A DNA stretch of 64,000 nucleotides from Candidatus Eiseniibacteriota bacterium (GCA_043809585.1 JBDROZ010000039.1:76577-140576), one strand, 5' to 3'. Counted from the stretch's first letter, positions 37,358 through 47,420 are shown. Notes: generated by a model not told the origin, from the letters alone. Numbers and translations are program-made.

Positions 37358-38878
37358 CTACCGGTCGAAGGCGTGGGAGGCGGCGAAGCGGATCATTCCT
37401 CCGCCCGAGACGATCCACTCCTCCCCTTCCGAGCGCTCCACGCGGGCGAAGAGGCGCCGGTTCGCGCGGGGGTTCCACCGGACCTCGAAGGCCGGGAGAT
37501 CATGGGTCGTCACTTCGCCGGTCAGGAAGCCGGTGCCATGGGGGACCGCCGAGTCCCGGGAATCGTCGATCGAGCCCTCCCCCTCCCGGCGCCGCTCGTA
37601 ATCGGCGAGGAGCTCGAAGGTCCTGCCGAAGCGCCGGAGAAGGCGGACGAGAATCCGGTCGGCGTCGGGGCCGATCGGGTGGCCGAGGATGGCGTTCCCG
37701 TAAGTGTACCGGTTCCACGACTCGCCGTGACCGTAGACCCAGTTGTTGACCCGGACGTACTCGGCCTCCACGAAGAGCCCCGGGAGGCGGGGCAGATCTT
37801 TCAGTCGCATCCCCGCGAGAAACCCGATCTGGTTCGGCTCCGTCTCGAGGTCGTACTGGAAGTCGTCGATCAGGAACTCGCCGAAGAGGTCGACGCTCTC
37901 GTGGACGCGGGCGTAGGCGTCGAAGCTCCAGAGCACGTTGTCGTCCCGGCTCTTGTTCCATTGCACGGCGTAGGCGGACATGAGGGGGTTCGCGTAGCCC
38001 CAGTCGAAGGCCCGCTCCTCTCCGCCGTAAAGGACGGCTTCGGAAAAGGCGACGTGAAAGCGGCCGCCCGAGGGCCGGAAAACGACCCGGCGCCCGGAGA
38101 GCCACCGGCGGGCCGCGGTTTCCTCATCCCCCTCTCCGGCGACGAAGTCGTCGAGAGGGGCGACGAAAGCCCTTCCCGAGAAGGGCCCGAAGGCCCACTC
38201 GATGCCGACCTGGTCGAGGGACGGGATGCTTCCTTGCAAGAGCATGGAACCGGAAAGACCGGGGCCCCACGCAAAGCGGCGCCGCCCCGCGGAGAGGGCG
38301 AAACCCGGGGCCCGGTAGACGAAGTAGGCGTGGGTGAACCGCCCGGTAACCCCCCGCTTCCACGGATGGCCGAGGAAGTCCGGCTGTTCCATCCCCCGGT
38401 TGTCGATCTCGGCGCGCTGGTGCCAGAGGAGCCGGGGCGTGAGGCGGACCGACGAGTCGCCGAGGAGGACGGACCGTCCCGCCCCCCGGCGCCCGCTCTC
38501 TCCCGAGAGACGGAACTCCCCCCGGACCGACACGGGCACGGTCCCGTCCGGCCTGTCCGCGCGGGGTACGAAGAGTTCCGGCGCCAGTTCCTCTTCCAGC
38601 TCGTCCAGGAGAGAGAGGAGATCGGGGCTCTCCTCCGTCTCGGGGTCGGCCCGGAGGCGCATCACCTCCCGGGCCAGGTCGCCCCGAGTGAAGGGAAGAG
38701 TGAAGGGGTCGAGGTCTTTCAGGGGGGCGAGGGAGTGGACCCGCCGTGCCCTCTCCACAAGCCAGTCATCCACCGGAACGTCTTCGCCGCCGAGGGCCCG
38801 CGCCCCCCCCGCCCATCCGAGGAGCCCGGAGTGGATGAGGAGCGCGACGAGGAACGCCCGGCCGCCTTGGCCACGGCG
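37358..38878 (-). CDS. Capsule assembly Wzi-family outer-membrane barrel; start codon not found, 5' coordinate approximate
   Basis: AGRRRFAWGPGLSGSMLL, FSEAVLYGG, YANPL, DNVLWSFD, FGEFLIDDF, LGHPIGPDAD; a signal-like segment near 38800-38860. Confidence 0.72.
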   Translation of the reverse strand, partial: RRGQGGRAFLVALLIHSGLLGWAGGARALGGEDVPVDDWLVERARRVHSLAPLKDLDPFTLPFTRGDLAREVMRLRADPETEESPDLLSLLDELEEELAPELFVPRADRPDGTVPVSVRGEFRLSGESGRRGAGRSVLLGDSSVRLTPRLLWHQRAEIDNRGMEQPDFLGHPWKRGVTGRFTHAYFVYRAPGFALSAGRRRFAWGPGLSGSMLLQGSIPSLDQVGIEWAFGPFSGRAFVAPLDDFVAGEGDEETAARRWLSGRRVVFRPSGGRFHVAFSEAVLYGGEERAFDWGYANPLMSAYAVQWNKSRDDNVLWSFDAYARVHESVDLFGEFLIDDFQYDLETEPNQIGFLAGMRLKDLPRLPGLFVEAEYVRVNNWVYGHGESWNRYTYGNAILGHPIGPDADRILVRLLRRFGRTFELLADYERRREGEGSIDDSRDSAVPHGTGFLTGEVTTHDLPAFEVRWNPRANRRLFARVERSEGEEWIVSGGGMIRFAASHAFDR

Positions 38879-39534
38879 AGAACCGACACCTCCGCGGCCC
38901 CCGCCTTTGCGAGAACGAGCGCCAGTTCCCACGCCGTCGCCCCCGTGGTGATCACGTCGTCGACGATCACGACCCGACGTCCCGCGAAGAGGTCCGGGCG
39001 GGTCACCCGGAAGACGCCCCGCACGTTCCGCCGGCGCTCCTCCGCGTCCAGCTTCGTCTGGGAACGGCTCCGCCCCCTCCTTCGAACCCCTTCCCCCCCC
39101 GAGGGAATCCCGGTCAGCTCCGAGAGCCTTCGCGCGAGGATCGCCGACTGGTTGTAGCCCCGTTCCCGGCGCCGCGCCCGGGTGAGGGGCGCCGGCACGA
39201 GAAGGTCCGCCCCCCGGAGCTTCGGGTCCGCGAGAACCGTCGCCGCGAGCTGGAGGGCGAGCCTCTCCCCGAGAGAGGGATAGGCGCCGTATTTGAATCG
39301 ATGGAGGATCTCGCCGAGCGGTTCGTTCCATCGGTTCGCGCTCCTCCCGTACATCCGGTTCCCGCCCGGGTCCCGGAAGACTCCCCCGTCGCCGATGAAG
39401 AAGGACGCCCGGTTCTCCCGGCGCGCCCGCTCCCAGCAGGGCTCGCAGACCAGGCCTCCCCCCTCCGGGAGATCCCGGCCGCATACGAGACAAAACGGGG
39501 GATAAAGAAAATCGACGGCCGCCTTCCACACCAC
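38719..39534 (-). CDS. comF: ComF family double-zinc-ribbon phosphoribosyltransferase-like protein
   Basis: CxxC...CxxC, RGYNQS, VIVDDVITTGAT. Confidence 0.9.
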   Translation of the reverse strand: MVWKAAVDFLYPPFCLVCGRDLPEGGGLVCEPCWERARRENRASFFIGDGGVFRDPGGNRMYGRSANRWNEPLGEILHRFKYGAYPSLGERLALQLAATVLADPKLRGADLLVPAPLTRARRRERGYNQSAILARRLSELTGIPSGGEGVRRRGRSRSQTKLDAEERRRNVRGVFRVTRPDLFAGRRVVIVDDVITTGATAWELALVLAKAGAAEVSVLAVAKAAGRSSSRSSSTPGSSDGRGGRGPSAAKTFRWMTGLWRGHGGSTPSPP

Positions 39535-39565
39535 CGCACCTCCTCCCCGAGCGGACGCTCTTCGA

Positions 39566-40402
39566 TCAGGTCCCCTCCCCCCCGGCGCGGCGGAGGGCCC
39601 GCTCCATGACGGGGATGGGAGGCTTCTTCCCGAACCAGAGGCGGAACGATTCGCGCCCCTGGGCGACGAGCATGGCCGACCCCTCTTCGGCCATCACTCC
39701 ATACGAGCGGGCAAGGGCGACCCACCGCGTTCCCCGGGGACGCACGACGAGGTCGATCGCCCCCTTCGCGTGGCGCACCACCCGGGCCGACACCGGGAGG
39801 GGGTCTTTCCCCTTGAGGCCGAGGGTCGTGGCGTTCACCAGGAGATCCGCTTCCACGGTCTCCCGCCGGTCCCACGGCACCACCCGGGCGATCCGCCCGC
39901 ATCCGAGATCGTCGATCATCGCCTTTCCGCGGCGCGCCTTCCGGCAGGCCACGGCGACTTCACCGAAGCCCCGGTCCCGGAGCACGGCAAGCACCGCCCG
40001 GGCCGCGCCCCCCGAGCCGTAGAGAACGGCCCTCTTCATCTTGGACCCGTGCACGCGCCGGAGCGCTTCGTCGAAGCCGGCATAGTCCGTATTGTCGCCG
40101 ACGAGCCGGCCCTCCCGCTGGACCACGGTGTTCACGGCGCCGAGCCCTTTCGCCCGCTCCGAAACCTCGTCCATGCAGGTCAGGACCTTCTCCTTGTGGG
40201 GAAGGGTGACGTTCAGCCCCGGCATGTCGAGCACGCGGACCGCGTCCATCATCTTCCGGAGATGTTCCTGCTTCACCGTGAAGGCGAGATAGCGGGCGTT
40301 CAGATGAAAGTGTTCGAGGGCGGCGTTCTGGATGGCCGGTGACAGGCTGTGGGCCACGGGGTCGCCGATCACGCCCAGAAGCCGGGTTTCCCCGTCGATC
40401 AT
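39566..40402 (-). CDS. aroE: Shikimate dehydrogenase
   Basis: GDPVAHSLSP, NVTLPHK, GAVNT, NTDYAG, GSGGAARA; start ATG 40402. Confidence 0.93.
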   Translation of the reverse strand: MIDGETRLLGVIGDPVAHSLSPAIQNAALEHFHLNARYLAFTVKQEHLRKMMDAVRVLDMPGLNVTLPHKEKVLTCMDEVSERAKGLGAVNTVVQREGRLVGDNTDYAGFDEALRRVHGSKMKRAVLYGSGGAARAVLAVLRDRGFGEVAVACRKARRGKAMIDDLGCGRIARVVPWDRRETVEADLLVNATTLGLKGKDPLPVSARVVRHAKGAIDLVVRPRGTRWVALARSYGVMAEEGSAMLVAQGRESFRLWFGKKPPIPVMERALRRAGGEGT

Positions 40403-41172
40403 GTCTTCCTCCCCCGGAGGACGAAGAGCACCGCCGCTCCGGCGAACAAGAACACGCTGAGCCACTGGTTCCACGTAAGGACGATCCCTCCCAGGGAACC
40501 GGCGGACACGTTTTCGTAAAACCGGACCCGGTCCATGAAGAACCGGGAAAGACCGTACAGGCCGACGAAGAGAATAAAGAGCCTCCCCTTCCCCCGAAGC
40601 CGGCCCTCCGCGGCGAGGAGAATCCCGAAGAGGCAGAAGCCGACGAGGGAGTCGTAGAGCTGGGCCGGGTGGATCGGCACGCCGTAGAACTCGGCGCCCG
40701 CCGCGGAGTGGGGGGGAAACCGGACGCCCCAGGCGAGGTGCGTGGGGAGCCCGAAGCAACAGCCGTTCAGGAAGCAGCCGATCCGCGTGACGGCGAGACC
40801 GAGGGCGACCGACGGGGCGACCACGTCGCTCACCTCCCAGAAAGGCATCTTCTTCGCCCGCATGAAGAGGACCGACGCGGCGACGGCGCCGAGGAGACCG
40901 CCGTACATGGTGAGCCCTCCCTGCCAGATCGCGAAGATCCTCGCCGGATTCGCCGCGAACTCGTCCCAGTAGGGGAGGATGTAGAGGACCCGGGCGCCCA
41001 CGATGGAGCTTACGAGAATCGCGATGGAGAGATCGGTCAGCAGGGCCCCGTCCATCCCGCGCCGGGTGCCCCGCCGAACGGCGAGCCAGATCCCGAGGGC
41101 GAAGGAGAAGGCGATCATCACGCCGTACGAGCGGATCGGGAAGGGTCCGATGTGAAAGAACTCCGGAATCAA
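40399..41172 (-). CDS. lgt: Prolipoprotein diacylglyceryl transferase
   Basis: TTG start; IRSYG, IWQGGLTMYGG, RIGCFLNGCCFG, HPAQLY. Confidence 0.93.
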   Translation of the reverse strand: MIPEFFHIGPFPIRSYGVMIAFSFALGIWLAVRRGTRRGMDGALLTDLSIAILVSSIVGARVLYILPYWDEFAANPARIFAIWQGGLTMYGGLLGAVAASVLFMRAKKMPFWEVSDVVAPSVALGLAVTRIGCFLNGCCFGLPTHLAWGVRFPPHSAAGAEFYGVPIHPAQLYDSLVGFCLFGILLAAEGRLRGKGRLFILFVGLYGLSRFFMDRVRFYENVSAGSLGGIVLTWNQWLSVFLFAGAAVLFVLRGRKT

Positions 41173-41186
41173 CGGCGTATCCCTCT

Positions 41187-42407
41187 CTAGTACCGGCGGT
41201 GGCGGAGTCCGACGCCGAGTACCACTCCGATCGCGAAGAGGGTCGTGACGAGCGACGACCCCCCGTAGCTCATGAGCGGCAGGGGCAGGCCCGTCACCGG
41301 CACGAGCCCGAGCGTCATTCCCACATTTACCACAACCTGGAAGGCCAGGTATCCGAAAAAGCCGATCACGATGAGCGAGGCGAAGCGGTTCCGGGTGCGC
41401 GCGGCGATGAGCAGCATCCGGCCGAGGAGGACGGCGAACAGCGTGAGCAGGAGCGCGCAGCCGAGATAGCCGAACTCCTCCCCCACCACGGAGAAAACGA
41501 AGTCCGTGTGCTGTTCGGGGAGGAAGGAGAGCCCCTTCTGCGTTCCCTGCAGGAACCCTTTCCCCGTGAATCCTCCCGAGCCGATCGCGACCTCCGATTG
41601 GATGATCTGGTAACCGGCGCCGAGGGGGTCGTGGTTCGGGTCGAGGAAGGTGAGGATCCTCAACTGCTGGTAGTCCTCCAGCTGGTTCCAGAGGATCGGC
41701 CCCGCGATGCCGACGAGCATGTTCATCCCGAGGGTCGCCCCGAGGAAGAGGAGGGACGATCGCATGGCGACGAGGACCACGAAGAGAACGACGAGGAAGG
41801 CGATCCACGTGGGGAGATGGGCCGATGCCACGAGACCGATTGCCGGCGAGATGGCGAAGAGAATCGCCCGCTCCGGCAGGCCCGCCCAGAAGAGCATGGG
41901 GACCAGAATGGCGCCGAAAACGAGAGAGGACCCGAGGTCCGGCTGGCGGAGCACGAGAAGGAAGGGGATCCCCGCCACCACCGCGGGGATGAGCCATCCC
42001 TGGAGCCCCGACCTGCCCGGCGGGTGGTCGGAGAGGACCCGGGCCATCATGAGCACGAGGGCGATCTTCGCCGCCTCCGACGGCTGAAACCGGAACGGGC
42101 CGAGGCCGATCCACCGTCCCGCGCCGGAAGAGCTGGTGAGAATCAGGTAGAGGAGAGAGACCAGCACCGCGCCGTAAACCGGAATCGCGAGCACGTCCAG
42201 CGTGCGGAACGGGAGGAAGAGGGCGAGGAGCATCGCGGCAACGCCGATCGCCGCCCAGACGAGCTGTCTCGTGTGATAGTCCGCCGCCCCCCCCGTCGTC
42301 CGGCCCGCGCTCGAGAGGACGAGGATGCCGAAGGCGAGGATCAGGAGCGTCGAGACGAACAGCGTCCAGTCGAAGGTGCGCATGAAGAGCCGTTGACGGT
42401 AACCCAC
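41187..42407 (-). CDS. rodA: Rod shape-determining protein RodA
   Basis: FQPSEAAK, QPDLGS, GYQIIQS, LPEQHTDF, SYGGSS; directly downstream of mrdA. Confidence 0.95.
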   Translation of the reverse strand: MGYRQRLFMRTFDWTLFVSTLLILAFGILVLSSAGRTTGGAADYHTRQLVWAAIGVAAMLLALFLPFRTLDVLAIPVYGAVLVSLLYLILTSSSGAGRWIGLGPFRFQPSEAAKIALVLMMARVLSDHPPGRSGLQGWLIPAVVAGIPFLLVLRQPDLGSSLVFGAILVPMLFWAGLPERAILFAISPAIGLVASAHLPTWIAFLVVLFVVLVAMRSSLLFLGATLGMNMLVGIAGPILWNQLEDYQQLRILTFLDPNHDPLGAGYQIIQSEVAIGSGGFTGKGFLQGTQKGLSFLPEQHTDFVFSVVGEEFGYLGCALLLTLFAVLLGRMLLIAARTRNRFASLIVIGFFGYLAFQVVVNVGMTLGLVPVTGLPLPLMSYGGSSLVTTLFAIGVVLGVGLRHRRY

Positions 42408-42408
42408 G

Positions 42409-44178
42409 CTACGCCCCCTCCCGGGCGAAGAAGAACCGGAGGAGATCGCCCACCAGGGGCGCCGCCACTTCCCCCCCGTGCCCCGCGTTCTCGATGACCG
42501 CGGCCACGACGATCCGCGGGTTCTCGGCCGGCGCCCAGGCCGCGAACCAGGCGTGATCATCGCCGTGGGGATTCTGGGCGGTTCCCGTCTTGCCCGCCAC
42601 GGTCATCCCCGGGACCCGGGCCGATCGGCCGGTCCCGCGCTCCCCTTCGACCACCAGGACGATACCCTCCCGGATCGGCCGGAGGACTTCCCGGTCCACG
42701 TCGATCATCCGCGGGACGGGCGGGGCGTGGGACGTGGCGACACCCTCGGCGTCGACCGACTCGAAGAGGAGCCGGGGCGGGGCGAGGAATCCCGTGGCGA
42801 GGGCGCCGTAGAAGCGGGCGAGTTGGAGCGGGGTGACGAGAATCTCCCCCTGCCCGATGGCATGGTTGAGAAGAAACCCCTGCCCCCAACCGGACCGCCC
42901 GTACCGGTCGTTCATGTAACGCGACGTGGGGATGAGCCCCGCCCGCTCTCCGGAAAGATCGATTCCCGTCACCGTCCCGAACCCGAACTCGGCGGCCACG
43001 GCGGCGAACCGGTCGATGTCCATCTTCGCGCCGATCTGATAGAAGTAGACGTCGCACGATTGCTCGAGGGCGCTCCGAAGCGAGAGCGTGCCGTGCCCGT
43101 TCTCCTGCCAGCAGCCGAAGACCCGCCGCCCGAACCGCCAGGAACCGAAGCAGGGGAGGAGCCGCGTCTCGGGCCGGACGATTCCCTCCATCAAACCGTC
43201 GGCGGCGGTGACCGGCTTCAGCGTCGAGCCGGGAGGGTAGGTCGCCTGGATGGCCCGGTTCAGGAGGGGATGGAACGGATGATCGGAGAGCGAATCCCAG
43301 AGAGCGGGGGGAACGGCGACGGTGAAGACGTTCGGGTCGAAGGAGGGCCAGGAGGCGAGAACGAGGACCTCTCCCGACCGCGGATCGAGCACCACCACCG
43401 ATCCGGCGGAATACTCGGCGAGGAGCGATTCGGCGAGGGCCTGCAGCTCCCCGTCGAGCGCCACCCAGAGATCCTCCCCCGGTACGGAGCCGCTCTCCCT
43501 CATGGTTCCGAGCGGACGCCCCCGGGCGTCCTCCTGCACGTACCGAACCCCGTCCCGGCCGCGAAGAAGCCCTTCGTACTTCCGCTCGATACCGGCCCGG
43601 CCCACGTGCACGCCCGCCGCCGAGATCCCCGGTGCGGCGGCGGCCGCTTCTTCCCGGGAGAGTTCACCGAGGTAGCCGAGCGCGTGGGCGGCGAGAGACC
43701 CTTGAGGATAGCGGCGGACCGGCTCGCTCTCGATGAGAACTCCCGGGAGCTCGTGGCGGTGCTCCTCGACGATCGAGACCGTCCCGATGTTCACGTCCCG
43801 GAGGACCCAGCGGGGCTCGTAGGGCCGCGAGTATCCCTGGCGCGCCCGCTCCCGGAGGATCTCGGGATCCTCGCCGATCAGCTCCCCGAGGCGGGCGAGC
43901 ACTTCGTCGTTCTTCCGGACGAGGTAGGGGACCACCGAAACGGAGAAGGACGGGCGGCTGTCCGCGAGAACCGATCCGTTCCTGTCGAAGATGCGGCCCC
44001 GGAGGGCGGCGATCCGTTCGGGGCGGATCCGGTTTTCCTCCGCCCGGACGCTGTAATCGGCGGAGCCGACCACCTGCATCTGGAAGAGGCGCCCCGCGAG
44101 GAGGAGGAACGCGGCGCACGCGGCCAGACCCAGCTTCCAGGCCCGGAGCCGCGATCGAGGATCGAGACGTTCGTTCAC
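42409..44178 (-). CDS. mrdA: Penicillin-binding protein 2
   Basis: RGRIFDRNG, YPPGSTLK (SxxK), SCD, KTGTAQ; GTG start overlaps the mreD stop. Confidence 0.95.
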   Translation of the reverse strand: MNERLDPRSRLRAWKLGLAACAAFLLLAGRLFQMQVVGSADYSVRAEENRIRPERIAALRGRIFDRNGSVLADSRPSFSVSVVPYLVRKNDEVLARLGELIGEDPEILRERARQGYSRPYEPRWVLRDVNIGTVSIVEEHRHELPGVLIESEPVRRYPQGSLAAHALGYLGELSREEAAAAAPGISAAGVHVGRAGIERKYEGLLRGRDGVRYVQEDARGRPLGTMRESGSVPGEDLWVALDGELQALAESLLAEYSAGSVVVLDPRSGEVLVLASWPSFDPNVFTVAVPPALWDSLSDHPFHPLLNRAIQATYPPGSTLKPVTAADGLMEGIVRPETRLLPCFGSWRFGRRVFGCWQENGHGTLSLRSALEQSCDVYFYQIGAKMDIDRFAAVAAEFGFGTVTGIDLSGERAGLIPTSRYMNDRYGRSGWGQGFLLNHAIGQGEILVTPLQLARFYGALATGFLAPPRLLFESVDAEGVATSHAPPVPRMIDVDREVLRPIREGIVLVVEGERGTGRSARVPGMTVAGKTGTAQNPHGDDHAWFAAWAPAENPRIVVAAVIENAGHGGEVAAPLVGDLLRFFFAREGA

Positions 44179-44666
44179 GCCGCCGCCTCCGCACGCCGCC
44201 GGGCGAAGAGACGCCCCTCCCGGACGAGGGCGCCGGTGAGGGCGGTCAGCACCGCCGCCGGAATCGTGTCGACCGCGAAGCGGGCCGCGAAGGGAAGGAG
44301 ACCGTGGCGAAGGAACGGAAGGAACCGAACGCCGTCGTGCACGAGAAGAACGCCGAAGAGGATGAGCAGGAGTCCCGGCGTGCTCTCCCCTACCAGTTTC
44401 CTGTGGGCCCACGCGGCGAAGGCGGCCGCCGCCCCGGTGGCGAGAAGCTCCGGTCCCACGTCCGCGAAAGCGGCGATGTCCCGGAAGAGGCCGACGCCGG
44501 CGCCGATCATCAGCCCCCGTCCCGCCCCCCTGCCGAAGACGGCGAAGGCGACGAAGAGGAGCATCCAGTCGATCCGGGAAAAGACCGGCCCGGTGCGGTA
44601 GAGAAGAGTGCTCTCCAGAATGTGGATGACGAGCACGGGAAGGGCGATCCGGAGAAGCCCGATCAC
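44175..44666 (-). CDS. mreD: Rod shape-determining protein MreD
   Basis: Small hydrophobic protein with GLFRD, located between mreC and mrdA. Confidence 0.8.
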   Translation of the reverse strand: MIGLLRIALPVLVIHILESTLLYRTGPVFSRIDWMLLFVAFAVFGRGAGRGLMIGAGVGLFRDIAAFADVGPELLATGAAAAFAAWAHRKLVGESTPGLLLILFGVLLVHDGVRFLPFLRHGLLPFAARFAVDTIPAAVLTALTGALVREGRLFARRRAEAAA

Positions 44667-45562
44667 GGCGTCCCTCCTTCCCCGGGCGCCACCCCGTCCC
44701 CCTCGGGCACGGCCGGGACGGTCGCCCCCTCCCCGGGTTCCGCGATGTCATCCCGGGAGACCCCGTCCTCCTCCTCCCCCTCCGCCGGGCCCACGCCGCC
44801 GCCCAGAACGACGTAGACCTCTTCGAGCAGGGAGAAGTCGACCTCTGGCTCCACGCGCACTTCCTGGAAGACCCGGCCCCGCGAGGCGTCCGCCTCCTTC
44901 ACGGTCCCGAGGGGGATTCCGGGCGGGAAGACGCCGCCGAGACCGGAGCTGACCACCCGGTCGCCGACGGCGATATCCGCCGTGCCCGGCACGTCGATGA
45001 GGCGAAACCCGCGGGGAAACTCCCAGGAAAGAATCCCGACCACGCGGCTCCTCTGGTCCACGGCGCTCACCCGGACATCCAGGTTCCGGAGGGTGCGGAT
45101 CGACGCGGAGGTGGGGAGCACCTGCTCGATGCGGCCCACCAGGCCCCGGTGGTTGATCACCGCCATCCCCGGGGCGATGCCGGCCCGCCGCCCCTTGTCG
45201 ATCTTCCACGTGTCCGCCGTCCGCCCTCCCGCCCGGGCGACGACCCGCGCCGGCTGGAGGGAGAACCTCGTCTCCTCGAGAAATCCGAGGAGCCGGCGGA
45301 GGCGATGGTTTTCGAAGCGGTACTCCTTGAGATAGAAGTTCTCGATCGCGAGCTGGGTGGCGAGGAATCGGAGCTCCTCGTTCTTCGCCCGGAGGGAGCC
45401 GAAGGAACGGAGATAGGCCGCCCCCCGCTCGACCGGCGAGAGGGCACGATCCGCGGCGTTCCGGATCGGAACGAACGGCGACCGCCTCCCGAGAGAGAGA
45501 AGCCCGAGGGCGAGCACGAGGACGAGGACCAGCCCGAAGGAATGGCGAGGACCGAAGCGCAT
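44663..45562 (-). CDS. mreC: Rod shape-determining protein MreC
   Basis: ENHRLRRLL, IDKG, GLVGRI, SSGLGGVFPPGIPLG. Confidence 0.93.
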   Translation of the reverse strand: MRFGPRHSFGLVLVLVLALGLLSLGRRSPFVPIRNAADRALSPVERGAAYLRSFGSLRAKNEELRFLATQLAIENFYLKEYRFENHRLRRLLGFLEETRFSLQPARVVARAGGRTADTWKIDKGRRAGIAPGMAVINHRGLVGRIEQVLPTSASIRTLRNLDVRVSAVDQRSRVVGILSWEFPRGFRLIDVPGTADIAVGDRVVSSGLGGVFPPGIPLGTVKEADASRGRVFQEVRVEPEVDFSLLEEVYVVLGGGVGPAEGEEEDGVSRDDIAEPGEGATVPAVPEGDGVAPGEGGTP

Positions 45563-45568
45563 GGGCGC

Positions 45569-46594
45569 CTACTTCATCAGAACTTTTTCGTAGTTCTCCG
45601 GTTCGTCGAGAATCTTGCCCGTCCCGAGGACGACGGCCGTGAGGGGGTCCTCGACCAGGTTGATGGGCAGATTCGTTTCCTCCCGGAGGAGGACGTCGAG
45701 CCCCCTGAGGAGCGCGCCGCCGCCGGTGAGCACGATGCCCCTGTCGACGATGTCCGCCGCCAGTTCGGGGGGCGTGCTCTCGAGCGAGCGCTTGACCGCG
45801 TCCACGATCGCCGCGATCGGCTCCTGGAGGGCCTCGCGAATCTGCTCCGCCTTCACGACCAGGGTCTTCGGCACGCCGGAGACCAGGTCCCTTCCTTTGA
45901 TCTCCATCTCCTCCTCCCCTCCGACGTCGTAGGCGGACCCGATGCGCAGCTTGATCTTTTCCGCCGTCTGCTCGCCGATGAGAAGGTTGTAGGAGCGTTT
46001 TACGAATTGCACGATCGCCTCGTCCAGCTTGTCGCCGCCGACGCGGATCGAGGTGGAGGTGACGATGCCGGAGAGGGCGATGACGGCGATCTCCGTGGTG
46101 CCGCCGCCGATGTCGATCACCATGTTCCCGGCCGGCTTGCTGATCGGAAGCCCCACGCCGATCGCCGCGGCGATCGGTTCCGCCACGAGATAGACCTCCC
46201 GGGCGCCCGCGGCGGCGGCCGAGTCCCGGACCGCCCGCTTCTCCACTTCCGTGATCCCCGAGGGGACGCAGATCATGATGCGGGGGCGGATGAAAAGACG
46301 CTTCTTCTGGACCTTGTTGATCAGCTCCCGAAGGAGGATCTCGGTTGTCTCGAAGTCGGCGATCACGCCGTCCTTCATCGGCCGGATGGCGACGATCTCG
46401 CTGGGCGTCCTGCCGAGCATCGCCTTCGCGGCGCTTCCGACGGCGATCACCTTCCCCGTCGCCTTGTCGAGGGCGGCCACGGAAGGTTCGTTGAGGACGA
46501 TGCCCCTGCCCTTGACGTAGATCAGCGTGTTGGCCGTGCCGAGATCGATGGAGATGTCGTTGGTGAAGTAGGAGAGTAACGAATCCAGGAACAT
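45569..46594 (-). CDS. mreB: Actin-like rod shape-determining protein MreB
   Basis: [35 protein letters not shown]. Confidence 0.98.
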   Translation of the reverse strand: MFLDSLLSYFTNDISIDLGTANTLIYVKGRGIVLNEPSVAALDKATGKVIAVGSAAKAMLGRTPSEIVAIRPMKDGVIADFETTEILLRELINKVQKKRLFIRPRIMICVPSGITEVEKRAVRDSAAAAGAREVYLVAEPIAAAIGVGLPISKPAGNMVIDIGGGTTEIAVIALSGIVTSTSIRVGGDKLDEAIVQFVKRSYNLLIGEQTAEKIKLRIGSAYDVGGEEEMEIKGRDLVSGVPKTLVVKAEQIREALQEPIAAIVDAVKRSLESTPPELAADIVDRGIVLTGGGALLRGLDVLLREETNLPINLVEDPLTAVVLGTGKILDEPENYEKVLMK

Positions 46595-46609
46595 CGCGCC
46601 CCCGCCGGA

Positions 46610-47320
46610 CTACAGATAGCCCATTTCTCTCAGGCTCTCGAACCTGCCGTCTCCGATGATGACGTGATCGAGAACTTCGATGCCCACCACGCGCCCCGCT
46701 TCGACGAACCGTTCGGTGATCTCGATGTCCTCCCGGCTCGGTGTCGGAACCCCGGTCGGATGGTTGTGCACCAAGATGACCGACGCGGCGCTCCGGACGA
46801 TCGCCGCCTTGAGGCCTTCCCTCGGATGAATGAGCGACGCCGTCAGCGTGCCGACCGAGACGAGCTCGACGCCGATCACGCGGTTCTTCGCGTCCAGGAG
46901 CAGAACCCGGAACTCCTCCCGGTCGAGGGTCCTCATGTCGTCCATGAGGAGCTGGGCGGCGTCGTTTGGCGTGGAGATCGGATAGGGCTCGTCCCCCCGG
47001 TAGCGGACCACGCGCCGCCCGAACTCGGCGGCGGCCACGATCCTCGCGGCTTTGCCGGCGCCGACGCCGGGCATGCCCAACAGTTTCGGCCATCCGCCGT
47101 CGGCGAGGGCCCGCACGTTCTCGAACCGAGCGAGCAGATCCGCCGCCACGTCGAGGGCGCTCCTCCCCGGACCGCCGGAGCCGAGAAGGATCGCGATCAG
47201 TTCCCGGTCGGCGAGCGCCGCGGCGCCCTTCTGAAACATTCGTTCCCGCGGCCGGTCGGACCGGGGGATTCCTTTCATCCCGCGGGGGGCGTCCCCCATA
47301 GCGTGAACCTCCCTCTCCAC
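46610..47320 (-). CDS. radC: RadC family JAB-domain protein; start may be downstream
   Basis: RPRER, ELIAILL, HNHPTG..PS.ED, LDHVIIG. Confidence 0.93.
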   Translation of the reverse strand: MEREVHAMGDAPRGMKGIPRSDRPRERMFQKGAAALADRELIAILLGSGGPGRSALDVAADLLARFENVRALADGGWPKLLGMPGVGAGKAARIVAAAEFGRRVVRYRGDEPYPISTPNDAAQLLMDDMRTLDREEFRVLLLDAKNRVIGVELVSVGTLTASLIHPREGLKAAIVRSAASVILVHNHPTGVPTPSREDIEITERFVEAGRVVGIEVLDHVIIGDGRFESLREMGYL

Positions 47321-47420
47321 CCGGGAGGCCCGGCCCCTTGCCGCCGGCCGAACGTAGCAAAAGGCATCTTCAGACGCAAGGTGATTATCGAAAGGGGCGT
47401 GGGAAGAACGAGGGGAAATC

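Noticed and set aside
45569-47320. radC beside mreB as a sign of a mobile or defence island
   Set aside because: radC-mreBCD linkage is a known chromosomal arrangement, and this is a full-length RadC.
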